A DNA stretch of 64,000 nt from assembly GCA_949358305.1 (NCBI GenBank), contig OX442314.1, forward strand, positions 682,001 through 746,000. The letters are read 5' to 3'. The translations under genes and the position numbers were made by a program. The number at the start of each line of letters is the position of its first letter. Within the stretch, counting starts at the first letter, position 1. The notes under the pieces are model-generated. The model had not been told where the DNA came from and searched no databases. It saw nothing but the letters and a program-made list of their open reading frames with translations. This document shows, piece by piece, positions 11,421 to 24,429 of the stretch. Source of the DNA: Strigamia acuminata (taxonomy: Eukaryota).

Positions 11421-11729
11421 TTCTCGGAATTCAAGCTGTTGCTTGAGTGTTTTCTTCTTGTTGGCCAGCGACTTGACGTCGTTCCTCGCCTTCTCCAACC
11501 ACCCCGTCACTTCTTGCACCTTCTTCTCGCACTGTTCCCACTCCTCCGTCATCTCCTGCAGCATCGCCACCTGCTCCTGCATCCGCTTCTCCACGCTCGA
11601 CTTATCCGCCTCCCTCGCCGTCAGCTGCTCCACCAGCGGCCCCGCGTTGCACACCCGCTCGATCTTCCCCAACTCCCGCGCCATCTCCGACACGTTCTTC
11701 TGCGCGTGTCCGAACTCCTTCAGCGCCAT
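11421..11729 (-). CDS. Msp300: Nesprin exon
   Basis: AG/GT, 309 nt, spectrin-like EEWEQCEKKVQEVTGWLEK. Confidence 0.85.
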
Positions 11730-11791
11730 CTACCAACAAAAATACAAATTATCAAAAAACTCCGCTACATTTTTCAACCAAAATCCTTCAC

Positions 11792-11938
11792 TTGATAATC
11801 CGTCAAACTGCGTTTCGTGTCGCTCAGCGTGACGAAAACGAGCTCAATCGACAAAAACGCGCGCGTTTTCTCGAGCCACGTGTCCACGTTGGCCAACAAG
11901 TCGACGAATTGACGCCAAGCCTCTTGCGCCTCGCTCAC
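11792..11938 (-). CDS. Msp300: Nesprin exon
   Basis: AG/GT, 147 nt, VSEAQEAWRQFVDLLANVDTWLEK. Confidence 0.85.
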
Positions 11939-12007
11939 CTATAAATAGAAACGAGTTTAACGACCGGTCCAAAAATAAAACCAAAACAAATGTCACAAAT
12001 TCCTCAC

Positions 12008-12187
12008 TTGAGCCCTCCTGTCCTCCAACAGCGCTCGCACTCGAACCATCTGATCGTTGAGCGACGTCAACGTGTTTCGCACCAGTTCCCGGTCCGCCGC
12101 GTTCTGCGTCCGCTCGCACAAAATCTGACCGTTCCCGTTCAGCCGCGCCAACCGGTCCGACACCGAATCCAATTGCCCGTTCAATTT
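12008..12187 (-). CDS. Msp300: Nesprin exon
   Basis: AG/GT, 180 nt. Confidence 0.85.
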
Positions 12188-12749
12188 CTATTGAAAAAAA
12201 AAAACCAATTAATTAATTTTATCCTGAAATATTTATTTACCCTAAAACCCCGTTTAATAGCCCGGGCGTTTATATATTTTTTAAATCCGACCTACCCGGC
12301 GCCTATATGAAACCCGGCGCTTATTCAAGCCCGGCGCAAATGCGAAAAATCACCGATTTTTAACAAAAAATTGTGAATTTTCCGCTAAAATCGCCGATTT
12401 TTTGCAAAAAATCGGTGATTTTACCAGACCCGGCGCTTATTCAGGGCATTAAGTCGCCCGATTTCACTCGAATAAATTTATTCTGCATATTTTTATTTTT
12501 ATTTTGCATAAAATGGAATCGGGCCCGGCGCACGTGCGCAAAAATGTAATTTTTCTGTTAAAAAGACCAATTTTTTGCAAAAAATCGGTGATTTTACCAG
12601 ACCCGGCGCTTATTCAGGGCATTAAGTTGTAATCGAACGCCCGATAAATTAATTCTGCATATTTTTATTTCTATTTTGCATAAAATGGAATTTTTGGTGC
12701 ATATTTCATTTTATTTTGCATTTATTTATTTATTTATTTATTTTCATAC

Positions 12750-13058
12750 CTCGACAATCTGCACGAGCGTCTCGAGCATGAAGGATTTATCGTTGAGCGC
12801 CACCTCGGCCTGCTGCAGCCAATTCTGCACGAACTCGACGTCGGTCATGTAATCGTACCTGGTGGTCCTCGCGCGCTTAAACTCCACCGCCTTATCGTGC
12901 GCCATCGCCGACACGCTCTCCGCGCTCACTTCCAAGCCGGACAACGCCGCGCTCATCTCGCTCGGCACGCTCTGCCCGACCGCTCCGTACCGACTCCGCG
13001 CCGCCTCGCTCAACGACCGCGCCTGCTGCGCCAAATCCACCACGTGTTCCTTCATTTG
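12750..13058 (-). CDS. Msp300: Nesprin exon
   Basis: AG/GT, 309 nt. Confidence 0.85.
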
Positions 13059-13112
13059 CTACAAAAACAAAAACAATTAAAACAAAAATCAATTTAAAAT
13101 AATTACTCCAAC

Positions 13113-13287
13113 CTGTAGGGTTCGTTGAACCGTCTCCTGATCAGGATCGTACAGATCCATGCCGCTCAGATGCGTCTGCGTGCCGCGCAGAGCGTTCGAA
13201 AGTGCCAAAACCTGCGCTTCGACGTTCGAAATGTTCGCCACTTCGTCTTGAATCCAAGCGAGTTTCTGCCGGATCGTCTCGCACAAC
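13113..13287 (-). CDS. Msp300: Nesprin exon
   Basis: AG/GT, phase 2-0. Confidence 0.8.
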
Positions 13288-13575
13288 CTACGGCAAAAAC
13301 AAACACAAAAATGTAAATGAGAACCCTCAAATTGACCCGTCTATTTGTGCCCGCCTATTGGCAACATCGCTTGTTGAATCAGCGCACTCGTTCCGAGCTA
13401 AATTTGCCCGATGACACGTTCCTTCTAACTTGGGAGCGGTTTTACACACCACACGTGCCAAGAATCCACGTTCCTTGCGCCGCCTGCGCCCCCGAATGGA
13501 CCCGTCCGCATGCGGTCCGATTCAAGGATGTTCGTGGGCGAGCATCCGCCGCCCTTTGCCATTTGGTGCGATTAA

Positions 13576-14297
13576 GAGGTTTTGAAATCCCTAGTTCGCG
13601 CCAACTTTGAAATATAGATGGCGCCACTGTTTTCCCATAGAAACCCATGTTAACCGAGATGTTAACCCATGTTAATTCGTTTTTCAAGTTTATCTGGCTG
13701 AAAAATGAGTCTTTGCCGTTTTTATTCAAAATAGTATGAAAATTATTCATAAAATAAATATTTTGAAGACCCAACTGCGTTAAATGCGACACCGTACCCC
13801 TAACACCATCCATTCCATAAAATAAGAAAATTGAAAAAAAAAAAAACAAGAAAAATTTTTCAAGAATTAAAAATAAAATAAAATTTCTCATTTATTATAA
13901 ACAATTTTTGAAATAGTTAAACGAAATTACTCTTCAGGTTTTTCGACGGTAAACAATCAAGGACATGCCCGCCTGTGATCGCTCGAAAGCGGCATAATTT
14001 AATCCGAGGAGGGTAAAAGTTTGATAAAAATTACAAAAATTTGAATTTTTTCTAATTTAAATTTTAGCATAGGAATAACCTGATATTTGAATTCTCCAGA
14101 CTCAACTTAGTGGGTAATATATTTTTAATCCAGCAAATTGAATAAAATTGGAGCAATTTGGAGACACGCAAAAATTGCTTCTTTTCTGGCTTGCACATAA
14201 AAAAATTAAAATTTGTACGATATGGCGCTGTAGAACATGAAAACAGTAGCGCCATCTATATTTCAAAGTTGGCGCGAACTAAGAGTTACAAACCCTC
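13576..14297. mobile_element. TTAA-flanked MITE with about 58-bp TIRs
   Basis: tagttcgcgccaactttgaaatatagatggcgc inverted at both ends; TTAA flanks. Confidence 0.8.
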
Positions 14298-14333
14298 TTA
14301 AAAAAAGCAAAGAAAAATAAAGATTTCACTCAC

Positions 14334-14992
14334 TCGCTGTAACTGCTCGTCAGTTGATTGACGCGATCCTTGATCTGCTTGTGCGCCGCGTCCGACAGCA
14401 CGTTCGTGGACACCAGCACGCTCGAGGACGACAAATGCAGCGCGGACAAGTTGTTTTGCAGGGAATTAGCCTCGCTTTCGATCATTTTCAGCTCCTTCTC
14501 CAGCTCCACGAGCTGCGATTTGCCGACGGACGGTCGCGCGGACTTGGTTCGCTGCTCGCACGACGCGATCGCCGCGTCCATTTCGCGCGCGACCGCCTCG
14601 AACTTGTTCCACTTGACGAGGAGGTCCTGCAGGCCCGTGGTGGTCACGTCGGTCTTGTGGCAAAGGTCCCGCCACTTGTGGTTGATGGACTCGAGGTGTT
14701 TGTTGACGAGCGTGCGGCTCTGGAAGTCGGCGCTCGACTCGACGGCGCGCGCGCAACACTTGAGCTCGTCGATCGCGTCTCGGTATTTCGTCAGGTTTTG
14801 CGCGTTGCTTTTGCTGAGTTTGAGGTTCTCTTCCGCCTCGTGGACGGAGTTGACGGTTCTGTCGGCCGCGTCGTGCGCGGCCAGTTTGTCGCGCATTTCG
14901 TTCACTTTGCGGATGAGTTGGTGCCAGGATTTCGCGTTCGTTTCCATCGTCTGTTCGCGGTCCTTTGCTTGCGATAGGACTTCTTCGAGTTG
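14334..14992 (-). CDS. Msp300: Nesprin exon
   Basis: AG/gtgag, 659 nt, phase 0-2. Confidence 0.85.
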
Positions 14993-15050
14993 CTGTTGAG
15001 GAGAAATGAATGAATGAATGAATGAATGAATAAAACTTTTGAATTCGGAC

Positions 15051-15182
15051 CTTTTGTAGGGATTCGAGGCTGGTTTGCAGATATGCTTTTTCTTCGCGGG
15101 TCAGTGTGGACATGATGATGTGAGCGACGGCCACGACTCGGTCTAAATGCTCGGTTTGGCGGGGTCCTTCGCGGAAGAATTC
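15051..15182 (-). CDS. Msp300: Nesprin exon
   Basis: AG/GT, 132 nt. Confidence 0.75.
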
Positions 15183-15728
15183 CTTTGAAAGTAATTTAAT
15201 GTTAAGAAAATTCGATTCGGCGTTGCATTTCTAAGGCCGGCTTGAGGAGTAACACGTTTTCGGATCTTGTAGATGTGTTGTTTCGACATTTTTGGATTCC
15301 TAAGGAGGTTTTTCTGTTGTAAAATGCATTTTTGCACATTAGAGATGCACTTTTTCGTCAAAATGTGCATTTTTGCACGTTAGGAGATGTATTATATCGC
15401 CTAAATTTGTAGTTTTTAAATCTAAATTTGCATTTTTTCATTCTAAATTGTATTTTTGCACATTATGAGATGCATTTTTTCATCCTAAATTGCACTTTTT
15501 CGTCAAAATATGCATTTTTGCACGTTAGGAGATGCATTATATCGCCTAAATTTGCATTTTTGTACGTTAAGAGATGCATTATTTCGTCTAAATTTGCGTT
15601 TATTCATTCTAAATTGCATTTTTTTGTTTTTAAATCAAAATTTGCATTTTTTAAATCTAAATATGCATTTTTTCCAATTTTTCCAATCCATCAAGCCAGC
15701 CCTCTCCATTTCGGCGCATTTCATTTAC

Positions 15729-16046
15729 CCTGTGCTCTTTCAAATCGTTATTAATGTTCTCGTAGTCGATTCCATCGTGCGTCGTCTGCAACTTGACCTT
15801 AGCCAGCTCGATCCAGGCGACAAGTCGCTCCTGACAGTTGTGATACTCGTTCCTAGACTCCAGCGCCGCGTTCAAATACTTCTCCTGCTCCTGCAGCGCC
15901 GTCGGTAACGTCTGCGCCAACGCTTTGGCCCGGCTCGACTGCTCGTGCACCGTCACCGGCAAAACATCCACATCGTAATCCCGCAACAATTTATCCTCGA
16001 CCGAGCGCAACTTTGCCAACAAACCGTCGATTTCAGCCGCCAAATT
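15729..16046 (-). CDS. Msp300: Nesprin exon
   Basis: AG/GT, 318 nt. Confidence 0.85.
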
Positions 16047-16869
16047 CTAATAAAATGAAAATAAAAATAAAAATTGAAAAAAAATCGATTTTTACTTTCA
16101 TATTACCATATTTTACCAGTCTGAGCCGCAGCTCTTAATCGAGGGCGGCTCTTATAACAATTGTTTATCATATTTTGATTGGAATTTCAATCTTTTCATT
16201 GAAATTTCACTTTTTCCATTGAAAATAACTTTTTTTCCATTAAAAATTCACTTTTTTTACATTGAAAATTCACTTTTTTTCATTGAAATTTTACCTTTTT
16301 CCATTGAAATTTCATCCTTTTCCATTGAAATTTCACTTTTTTCCATTAAAATTTCACTTTTTCGATTAAAATTTTATTATTCAGTAAAGATTTAATTTTT
16401 TCCATCAAAATTTTAATTTTTTCTTTTAAAATTTCAGTTTTTTCCATTAAAATTTCATTTTTTTTTATTATTAAATTTTCACTTTTTTCATTAAAATTTT
16501 ATTTTTTAGTAAAATTTTAATTTTTTCCAATAAAATTTTAATTTTTTCCATCAAAATTTTAATTTTTTCTCTTAAAATTACAGTTTTTTCCATTAAAATT
16601 TCATTTTTTTAATTAAATTTTCACTTTTTTCATTAAAATTTTATTTTTCAGTGAAATTTTAATTTTTTCCATCAAAATTTTAATTTTTTCCATCAAAATT
16701 TTAATTTTTTCCATCAAAATTTTTACTTTTTTCCATTAAAATTTCATTTTTTTGATTAAAATTTCACTTTTTTCATTAAAATTTTATTTTTTAGTAAAAT
16801 TTTAATTTTTTCATTAAAATTTTAATTAACAATCTTAATCAATATAACACGATAAAACCAAATAATCAC

Positions 16870-17478
16870 TTTGTGTTTTTTGAGCTCCTCGTTGACGCTA
16901 CTCGTGTCGAGCGTGAGCAACGGCTGACACTTGACGCTCGCCTCGCACGCGTGCAATTTATCCAAAATCTCTTCCAACTCGACCCGCATCCGGTTGAACA
17001 CTGCAGCGAGGCCTTCGTGCTCCGACTTGTTCTTCTCGACCGTCCTCTTCAGTTCGTTCAGATCCATTTTGAGGCGCTGCAGTCGCTCCATGATGAAGTT
17101 GTGGTCCAGCGCGGACCCCTCGGCGCCGATCTGCTGTCCCTTGTCGGACGCCGTCACCAAATTCGCTTCGCAGTCGTTGAGTTTGCTCATGAGTTCGTGG
17201 TAGCGCCGGATCTTGTCCGACACGGAGTCGTCGCAGTCCTCGATCGATTGGACGACGCGGGTGTTGTCTTTGATCGCGGCGTCGATGTCGGCGATCAACG
17301 AGTGGAATTGTTGTCGCAACGCGACCGAATGTTTCATTTTCCCCGTTTGGATTTCGATTTGGTGGGTTAGGTCCGTCAGTTGGTTGTTGAGTGATTGCAG
17401 TTCGGATGTTTGCAGGGAGGTTTGTTTTTCTAGGCCGTTTACTCGATGCTGTAAAGTGTCCGCATCTTTTCCGACAAC
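16870..17478 (-). CDS. Msp300: Nesprin exon
   Basis: AG/GT, 609 nt. Confidence 0.85.
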
Positions 17479-17629
17479 CTGAGGTGGATTTTGAAAAAAT
17501 GGAATTTAGAGTTCATTTTATACATTGTTTTCGGTTGTGCAGGCGCAATTAAGCATTAAAAAAACATTTCTACGCATAAATTGCATGTTTTCTGTGTAAT
17601 AATGTATAAAACTACATTTTTTTATGTTA

Positions 17630-18115
17630 CAAAAATCAAAAAATGCATTTTTATGTTTATAAAATGTCTAAAAATGCATTTTTATGTAAATAAAATGTCT
17701 AAAAATGCATTTTTATGTATTTTATGTATTTTAAAAATGTATTTAAAAAAATTATTAATGTATTTTTATGTAAAAAAAAATGTCTAAAAATGCATTTTTA
17801 TGAAAAATACTGTCTAAAACTGCATTTTTATGAGAAAAACTGTCTAAAAGTGCATTTTTATGAAAAAAACTGTCTAAAAATGTGTATAACGCATTTTTAT
17901 GTTTAAAAATGTATTTAAAAAAAATCAAAAAATGCATTTTTATGTAACAATGTCTAAAAATGCATTTTTATGTAACAATGTCTAAAAATGCATTTTTATG
18001 TAACAATGTCTAAAAATGCATTTTTATGTAACAATGTCTAAAAATGCATTTTTATGTTTAAAAATTGTATTTAAAAACATCAAAAAATGCATTTTTATGT
18101 AAATAAAATGTCTAA
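17630..18115. repeat. About 30-bp minisatellite tgtctaaaaatgcatttttatg
   Basis: Direct inspection. Confidence 0.85.
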
Positions 18116-18193
18116 AAGTCCAAACTCGCTGTTTAAAAGCGCGTCAGTACAGTATTTGCTATTTTCATCGCATTTTATTCCATTTCTTTTCAC

Positions 18194-18380
18194 CTGACAC
18201 GCTTCCAACGCTTCCTGCGCATCCTTGACGCTGTGACTCAAAGGACGATTCAGATTCTTCAACTGCAACTGCAACTGCGCCAACCGCGTCAAACATTCGC
18301 CCAGTTCCCTGTCCTGCTGTTGCCGCGAATCCACCATCAGCTCGAGCGCCTTCACTTTCTCCTCCACCAGATTCTTCACC
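18194..18380 (-). CDS. Msp300: Nesprin exon
   Basis: AG/GT, phase 2-0. Confidence 0.8.
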
Positions 18381-18429
18381 CTGCAATCCATCCACCAAAA
18401 ATCAAAAACATTCAAAAACATTCCCAATC

Positions 18430-19249
18430 CACAGGTACCGGGAAACCGGTTGAAAAATCACTGAACCAGGAACCGGGAAATTAGAAAAAAAATAACCAGT
18501 AACCGGTTCCGTCCAAAATTGTCAAAACGTTGCTGAAAGGTCATTTTCGTCATTGAAACCTTACGTTTTGTAATGTTTCAATGATGAAAATGGCTATTTT
18601 AGACAAAAAACAGCCATTTTTACTATGAAAAATGGTTAAAAAGGGCCAATTTTGACGAAAAACAGCCATTTTTACCATGAAAATAGCTAAAAATGGCCAT
18701 TTTTGACGAAATACGACCATTTTTGACGAAATACAACCATTTATGACAAAAAACGGCCATTTTTGATATAAAAAGGCTATTTTCACCATGAAAAATGGCT
18801 AAAAATAGCCTTTTTTGACAAAAAAAATAGCCATTTTTGACGAAAAACAGCCGTTTTTGACGAAAAAGAGCCATTTTTGACAATGAACGACTAGTTTTAC
18901 CATGAAAAATGTCTCAAAAGGGCCATTTTTGACGAAAAACGGCCATTTCTGATGAAAACGGCTATTTTTACCATAAAAAATGGCTAAAAATAGCCTTTTT
19001 TGACGAAAAACTGCTAGTTTAACCGTGAAAAATGTCTCAAAATGACCATTTTTGACGAAATACACCCATTTCTGATAAAAACGGTCATTTTTACCATGAA
19101 AAATGGCTAAAAACGGCCATTTTTATCCATTTTTCGTCGCCTGAGACCTGACCTTTTTTAGTCCCAAGAGTATCGATTTCCCGGGAGTACCGGCCATTTT
19201 GGTACCTCGTACCGAGAATTAAAAAAAAGACGGAAAAACAGAAACCCTA
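18430..19249. mobile_element. hAT-like MITE copy, left end degraded
   Basis: Collinear with 62368-63060. Confidence 0.6.
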
Positions 19250-19257
19250 TTTGTTAC

Positions 19258-19606
19258 CTGTGGAACTTGTCCCTCAAGTTGTCCGTCTGTCCCTGCAGCG
19301 CGAACTGATTCGATTCCGTCACTTCCGCCTTAATGTCGTCCGTCAGTCCCTCCAAGAGCGACATCTCCCCGTCCACAACGTCCGCTTCTTCCAACAGCGC
19401 TCTGTATTTGGCCAGTTGTTCTTCGATGATGTTCACGGCGGACGTCGGACGCACTTCCGAGCTGAGCGACACCTCCGCTTGCGACGTCCACTGCTTGCAC
19501 TTGGCGAAAAGCGCTTCGTATTTCTGTCGCTTGCTCAGTCCGTCGCTCAGTTTGGCGAGGCGTTCTTGCAGGCTCGTTTTCACGTTGAGTAACGCAGTCT
19601 CCAGAT
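19258..19606 (-). CDS. Msp300: Nesprin exon
   Basis: AG/GT, phase 1-2. Confidence 0.85.
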
Positions 19607-19664
19607 CTGAAAGAAATTATTTTAGATTGAAAAATTTTTTATTTTGAATATTTTTTCCGTTTAC

Positions 19665-19788
19665 CGTTCATGGCGGACTCGAAGTCCGGCTGCTCTTTGC
19701 CGGGTAGTTCCTGTCGCAGCGAGGTGGCGTCTTGTCTCAGAGGTTCGATCTTGGTGCATTCGTAACGCTCCACTTCGTTTTCGTATCT
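19665..19788 (-). CDS. Msp300: Nesprin exon
   Basis: AG/GT, phase 0-1. Confidence 0.8.
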
Positions 19789-21110
19789 CTGCAAGTGCAA
19801 TTTATTTTGATTAGGGTTATTTGTGCATTTAGTTCATGGAAAACGCAATTTTTTGTATTTTTGCACACAAAAACACATAGGGCGCGGTCAAAGTTTCTGT
19901 TTTTAGTCATTTTACCGTTTTTATCGTTTCTCTAAAGGAATGAACGTCACAAACGGCCAAAACCCGTCGCCAAAATCCACAAAAACGCTGGAGTTGTTTT
20001 TGAAATGGTTTGTGCCAGGTTTTGGCTTTTACAACCAAATTCAAAATGGCTGCCTCGAAAGTTAGCGCATGGAAAGGCAGTTTTTTCGAAATTTTGCACA
20101 CAAAACTAATAGGGCGCGTTCAAAGTTTTTGTTTTTAGTGATTTTACCGTTTTTATAAACGGATGAACATCAGAAAAACCACAAAAACCACAAAAACCAC
20201 GCTGGAGTTGTTTTTGTGCCAGGTTTTGGTTTTTACAACCAAATTCCAAATGGCTGCCTCGAAAGTTAGATCGAGGGGTGAGACTTTCAAGTGTCGTAAA
20301 TACTTTCATGCGAAGCATCCACCGCCCAAAATGTGAGTAAATGCTAAATTTTGTGTCAATAAGGTGGCCACGACCACAATTCGTCGGCTGAATGGAAAAA
20401 AAGGAATTTTTATGCATTACAGTATGTACTCGTACGAGCAAAAACGGCGTAACAAACGGGCCTAAAAACGAACATATCCATGGTTAATCGCGTTTTTGTT
20501 TTTGCATATACAAACAGAAACATTGAACGCACCGATGATTTTCGAATAAAATCTGCATTTTTGCACACGGAAAACGGACTTTTTCTTATAAAATGACAAT
20601 TTTCGCTCATAAATTTGCAGTTTTTTGTATTAAATCTGCATTTTTGAACACGAAAACGGACTTTTTCATATAAAATGAAAATTTCAAATCATAAATTTGC
20701 AGTTTTTAAATTAAATTTGCAGGTTTTTGTATTAAATCTGCATTTTTTGTATTAAATCTGCATTTTTGCACACGAAAACGAACTTTTTCGTATAAAATGA
20801 CAATTTTCGCTCATAAATTTGCAGTTTTTGTATTAAATCTGCAGGTTTTTGTATTAAATCTGCATTTTTTTGCATTAAATTTGCAGTTTTTGTATTAAAT
20901 CTGCATTTTTGTACACGAAAACGGACTTTTTCGTATAAAATGACAATTTTTACACACAAAAAACCATTTTTTCCGAATAAATCTGAATTGATTTCGTATG
21001 AAATACAATTATACAACATACAATTAATATTTTACGTCATATCTTCGTAAAATTCATTCTACACACACAAAAATGCAGTTTTGCATAGAAAACAATTTTT
21101 TCTTCCGCAC

Positions 21111-21437
21111 CTTATACGTGTCAAATATCCGTTCGAAAGTAGTGGATTGAAGAAACGCCTTTTCCTCGCTGCTGCCCCCAAACTGTTTTTCCTGCAACCA
21201 CTGGATAGCGGCCGCCAGATTCCTCTCGAACTGCTGTCTCCGTCCCAACGCTTCGGCCAACTCGTCCAACTTCTCCTTGAGCACGTTCTGCAGCTTGGCC
21301 GCTTTCTCCTTCAGCGTGTCCAACGCGTGAAACAAATGATCCTTCTCGTACCCGTCCAAATCCGTCCCCATCGAATCGATCTGCCTCGATATCGTCTCGA
21401 TCACCAATCGCTTATTCTCGACATCTCGTTTAATCGA
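21111..21437 (-). CDS. Msp300: Nesprin exon
   Basis: AG/GT, 327 nt. Confidence 0.85.
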
Positions 21438-21495
21438 CTGGAAAAAAAAAATTTAAAAAAAAAAATTATTTTTAAAAAGAAAAATCAATCGTTGC

Positions 21496-22081
21496 TAGGG
21501 CCCTTCTTTAATTCCCGGTTCCCCGTACCAAAATGGCCGGTACTCCCAGAAAATCGCTATTCCCGGGACTAAAAAATCGGGCGTTTTTCGTCAAAAATGG
21601 GCATTTTTAGCCATTTTTCAATGTAAAAATGGCCGATTTTTGTCAAAAATGGGCATTTTTAGCCATTTTTCCATGTAAAAATGGCCGATTTTTATCAAAA
21701 ATGGGCATTTTTAGCCATTTTTCAATGTAAAAATGGCCGGTTTTCGTCAAAAATGGGCATTTTTAGCCATTTTTCAATGTAAAAATGGCCGGTTTTCATC
21801 AAAAAAGGGCATTTTTTAGCCATTTTTCAATGTTAAAATGGCTGTTTTCGTCAAAAATGGCCATTCTTCATCCAAAATGGCCACTTTTCAATGTAAAAAT
21901 GGCCGTTTTTTGTCAAAAATGGGCATTTTTAGCCATTTTTCAATGTTAAAATGGCCATTTTTGTCAAAAACAGGCCATTTTTAGTCATTTTTAGACGGAA
22001 CCGGTTATTTTTCAAATTTCCCGGTTCCCGGTTCCATGATTTTTCATCCCGGGAAATCGGTACCCCGGTACTGAAACCCTA
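21496..22081. mobile_element. hAT-like MITE (family also at about 18430-19249, 46947-47449, 62368-63060)
   Basis: TAGGG...CCCTA ends, 8-bp TSD ATCGTTGC/ATCGTCGC, internal aaaatggccattttt minisatellite. Confidence 0.7.
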
Positions 22082-22102
22082 ATCGTCGCCATTTTTGCTC
22101 AC

Positions 22103-22310
22103 ATTGACGTCCTGAATTCGCGACTCCGCATCGGCCGCGCGGAACGGAACACCCGCGTTCTCCCTCAGCGCTTTCGTGGTTTCGTTAATCCACTCTTGCG
22201 TAGTGAAAATGTCTTTGCTGATGTTGTCGGCGGCCTCTCGTATCAACTCGATCACTTGTAATTTGCGTTTCACTCGTTTCTCCAATTCGAAACATTTTTT
22301 ATCAGCATTT
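22103..22310 (-). CDS. Msp300: Nesprin exon
   Basis: AG/GT, phase 2-0. Confidence 0.85.
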
Positions 22311-22377
22311 CTATAAAAAAAAATAATTTAAAAAAAATTAATTAATTTCGTTATAATTTTATTTTATTATTTGTTAC

Positions 22378-22661
22378 TTGATCTGCTCTTCCACTTGCTG
22401 CGCGTCCATGCCGCCCAACTCGGGTAGAATATCGTTGGCTTTGTTCTTGAGTTCCTCCAGAACCCGTTTTTCGTTGTCGATGTCTTGGAGCAGCTCCTTG
22501 AGCGACTCCGCTTTGCGCACGCTGTCCAATCCGGTGCCGCGGTCCACGATTTCCAATTGCTTGGTCGTTTGCTCGCACCACACGTTGTGATTGCAAATCA
22601 GTTGTCGATATTCGTCAATGTCGATTTGGGTTTTTAATCTCAAGTTCAGCAAACTGGTCAC
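22378..22661 (-). CDS. Msp300: Nesprin exon
   Basis: AG/GT, phase 0-2. Confidence 0.85.
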
Positions 22662-22728
22662 CTGGATTAAGAAACAAAATAAATAAATACAAATTCTGTT
22701 GATTTTTTTTAGTTTTAAATTTTCGTAC

Positions 22729-22854
22729 TTGACTTTCGAGTTGATCGAGTCGTTCCTGGAGCGACGAATCGTCGTAGTCCGGAGCTAACTGTTGTTGTCT
22801 TTGTTCGATGTCTTCTTGCGCTTGTCTTTTCTCTTCCAGTTGACTTTTCAAGTA
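22729..22854 (-). CDS. Msp300: Nesprin exon
   Basis: AG/GT, 126 nt. Confidence 0.8.
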
Positions 22855-22940
22855 CTATGAATCAAACAATCAATTGATTAAACACTGAAATCAATTCAGA
22901 CAGCAGACGAGTCAATTTGGACTGGTCAGAAATAAAAGTA

Positions 22941-23450
22941 CCGTATTTTACCAAATAAGAGCCGCGGCTCTTATTCAAAACGGGCACTCTGAGCTGCGGC
23001 TCTTATTACAATTGTTTACCATATTTTGATTGAAATTTCAATTTTTTCATTGAAATTTTACTTTTTCCATTAAAATTTCATTTTTTTCCATTAAAATTTC
23101 ACTTTTTTCCATTGAAATTTCACTTTTTTAAATTAAAATTTCACTTTATCCATTGAAATTTAATTTTTTCCATTGAAATTTCACTTTTTTCCATTGAAAT
23201 TTCACTTTTTTCCATTGAAATTTCACTTTTTTCCAATGAAATTTCACTTATTTTGATTACAATTTCATTTCTTTTAATTTTTTCCTTTGAAATTTCACTG
23301 TTTTTTTAAAAAAATCTAAATAACCATCATCATCGACGAATGTTTCATTAACCGTTTCCTGTTTGGTTACAAAAGCCCTCGAATAGTAGCCGCGGCTGCT
23401 ATTCGAGGGCGGCTACAAAGCGAGGATGACTCTTAATCGGTAAAATATGG
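22941..23450. mobile_element. pogo/Tc1-like MITE (copies at about 57420-58165 and partial 16104-16820)
   Basis: TA|CCGTATTTTACC ... GGTAAAATATGG|TA; gagccgcggctc palindromes; internal ccattgaaatttcactttt array. Confidence 0.7.
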
Positions 23451-23663
23451 TATATGCCAATTTTATAGATTTTTGACGCAAAAATAAACCTTTTACGTGC
23501 AAAAATAAGCCTTTTTACACGAAAAACGGACGTAAGCGGACCTTTTTTGATGAAAAAGTGGACAAAAATTGCATATTTTAAGTGAAATATTTTTTCCTCA
23601 AGGGTAATGCCAGTCCAACCCCGAATAAATGAACTTTTTAAATTTTTCCTAATCGCATTTTAC

Positions 23664-23840
23664 TTGAATTTCATTAATTTCGCTCTGGCCCACTTCATTT
23701 CTAAGTCTCGAAGGCTTGGCTTTGTGCGTGACGAGCGCGGCGTCTTGTTCGGAGATCCATTTGCTCAATTCTTCTCGACATCTTTCCAATTCTTCCCATT
23801 CGTTGACGATCCGGCTGATGTTCGTCTGCGCGTTATCGGC
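23664..23840 (-). CDS. Msp300: Nesprin exon
   Basis: AG/GT, 177 nt. Confidence 0.85.
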
Positions 23841-23911
23841 CTAAAGAAGAAAAAAAATTAAAAAAAATTTTTTTTCTCCAAATTTTATGCAAATTTTATG
23901 CAAATTTGTAC

Positions 23912-24085
23912 TTGATCGATCATGTCTTCCAATCGCAAGCGCACCGACGTTTCCTTCTCGGATATGAGAGCGGGAATGGCGCCCTCTGGACTGCTGGGCC
24001 GACTCAGGGACGCCGTTGCGTCCTCGCAGCACTGGATCGCAACTTGGAGTCGCTGTTTCTCCACGTTCAGTTTGTTGCACACGTT
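23912..24085 (-). CDS. Msp300: Nesprin exon
   Basis: AG/GT, 174 nt, CEDATASLSRPSSPEG. Confidence 0.85.
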
Positions 24086-24142
24086 CTAGATCGATCGCAT
24101 TATTAGATATTGGATATTATTAGATAATAAAAAGGGATTTAC

Positions 24143-24292
24143 CCGAATGGAGTTTTGGTGGTTCCTCGCTTCTTCCAGACTGAGGTGAGTCACTTTGGCA
24201 AAATCTGCTTCGATCGAATTCAGATTGTTGTTGATCAAATCCAACGTGTCCTCGTATTCGCGAAACTTTTGACACGAGTCCTGAAGCCGTTT
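24143..24292 (-). CDS. Msp300: Nesprin exon
   Basis: AG/GT, 150 nt. Confidence 0.85.
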
Positions 24293-24429
24293 CTAAAAAT
24301 GGAATACATTTTTAAATCCTTTTTATTCCTTTTTTTTGCTCGAAACTCCATTTTACGCATTAAAAATTCATTTCTACGCGTGAAAAATACAAATTTACAC
24401 ATTAAAAATTTATTTTTACACGTTGAAAT

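Noticed and set aside
14354..14999. Plus-strand ORFs overlapping nesprin exons (also 28961-30103, 30562-31002 and others)
   Set aside because: Antisense frames kept open by GC-rich codon usage; no independent gene signals
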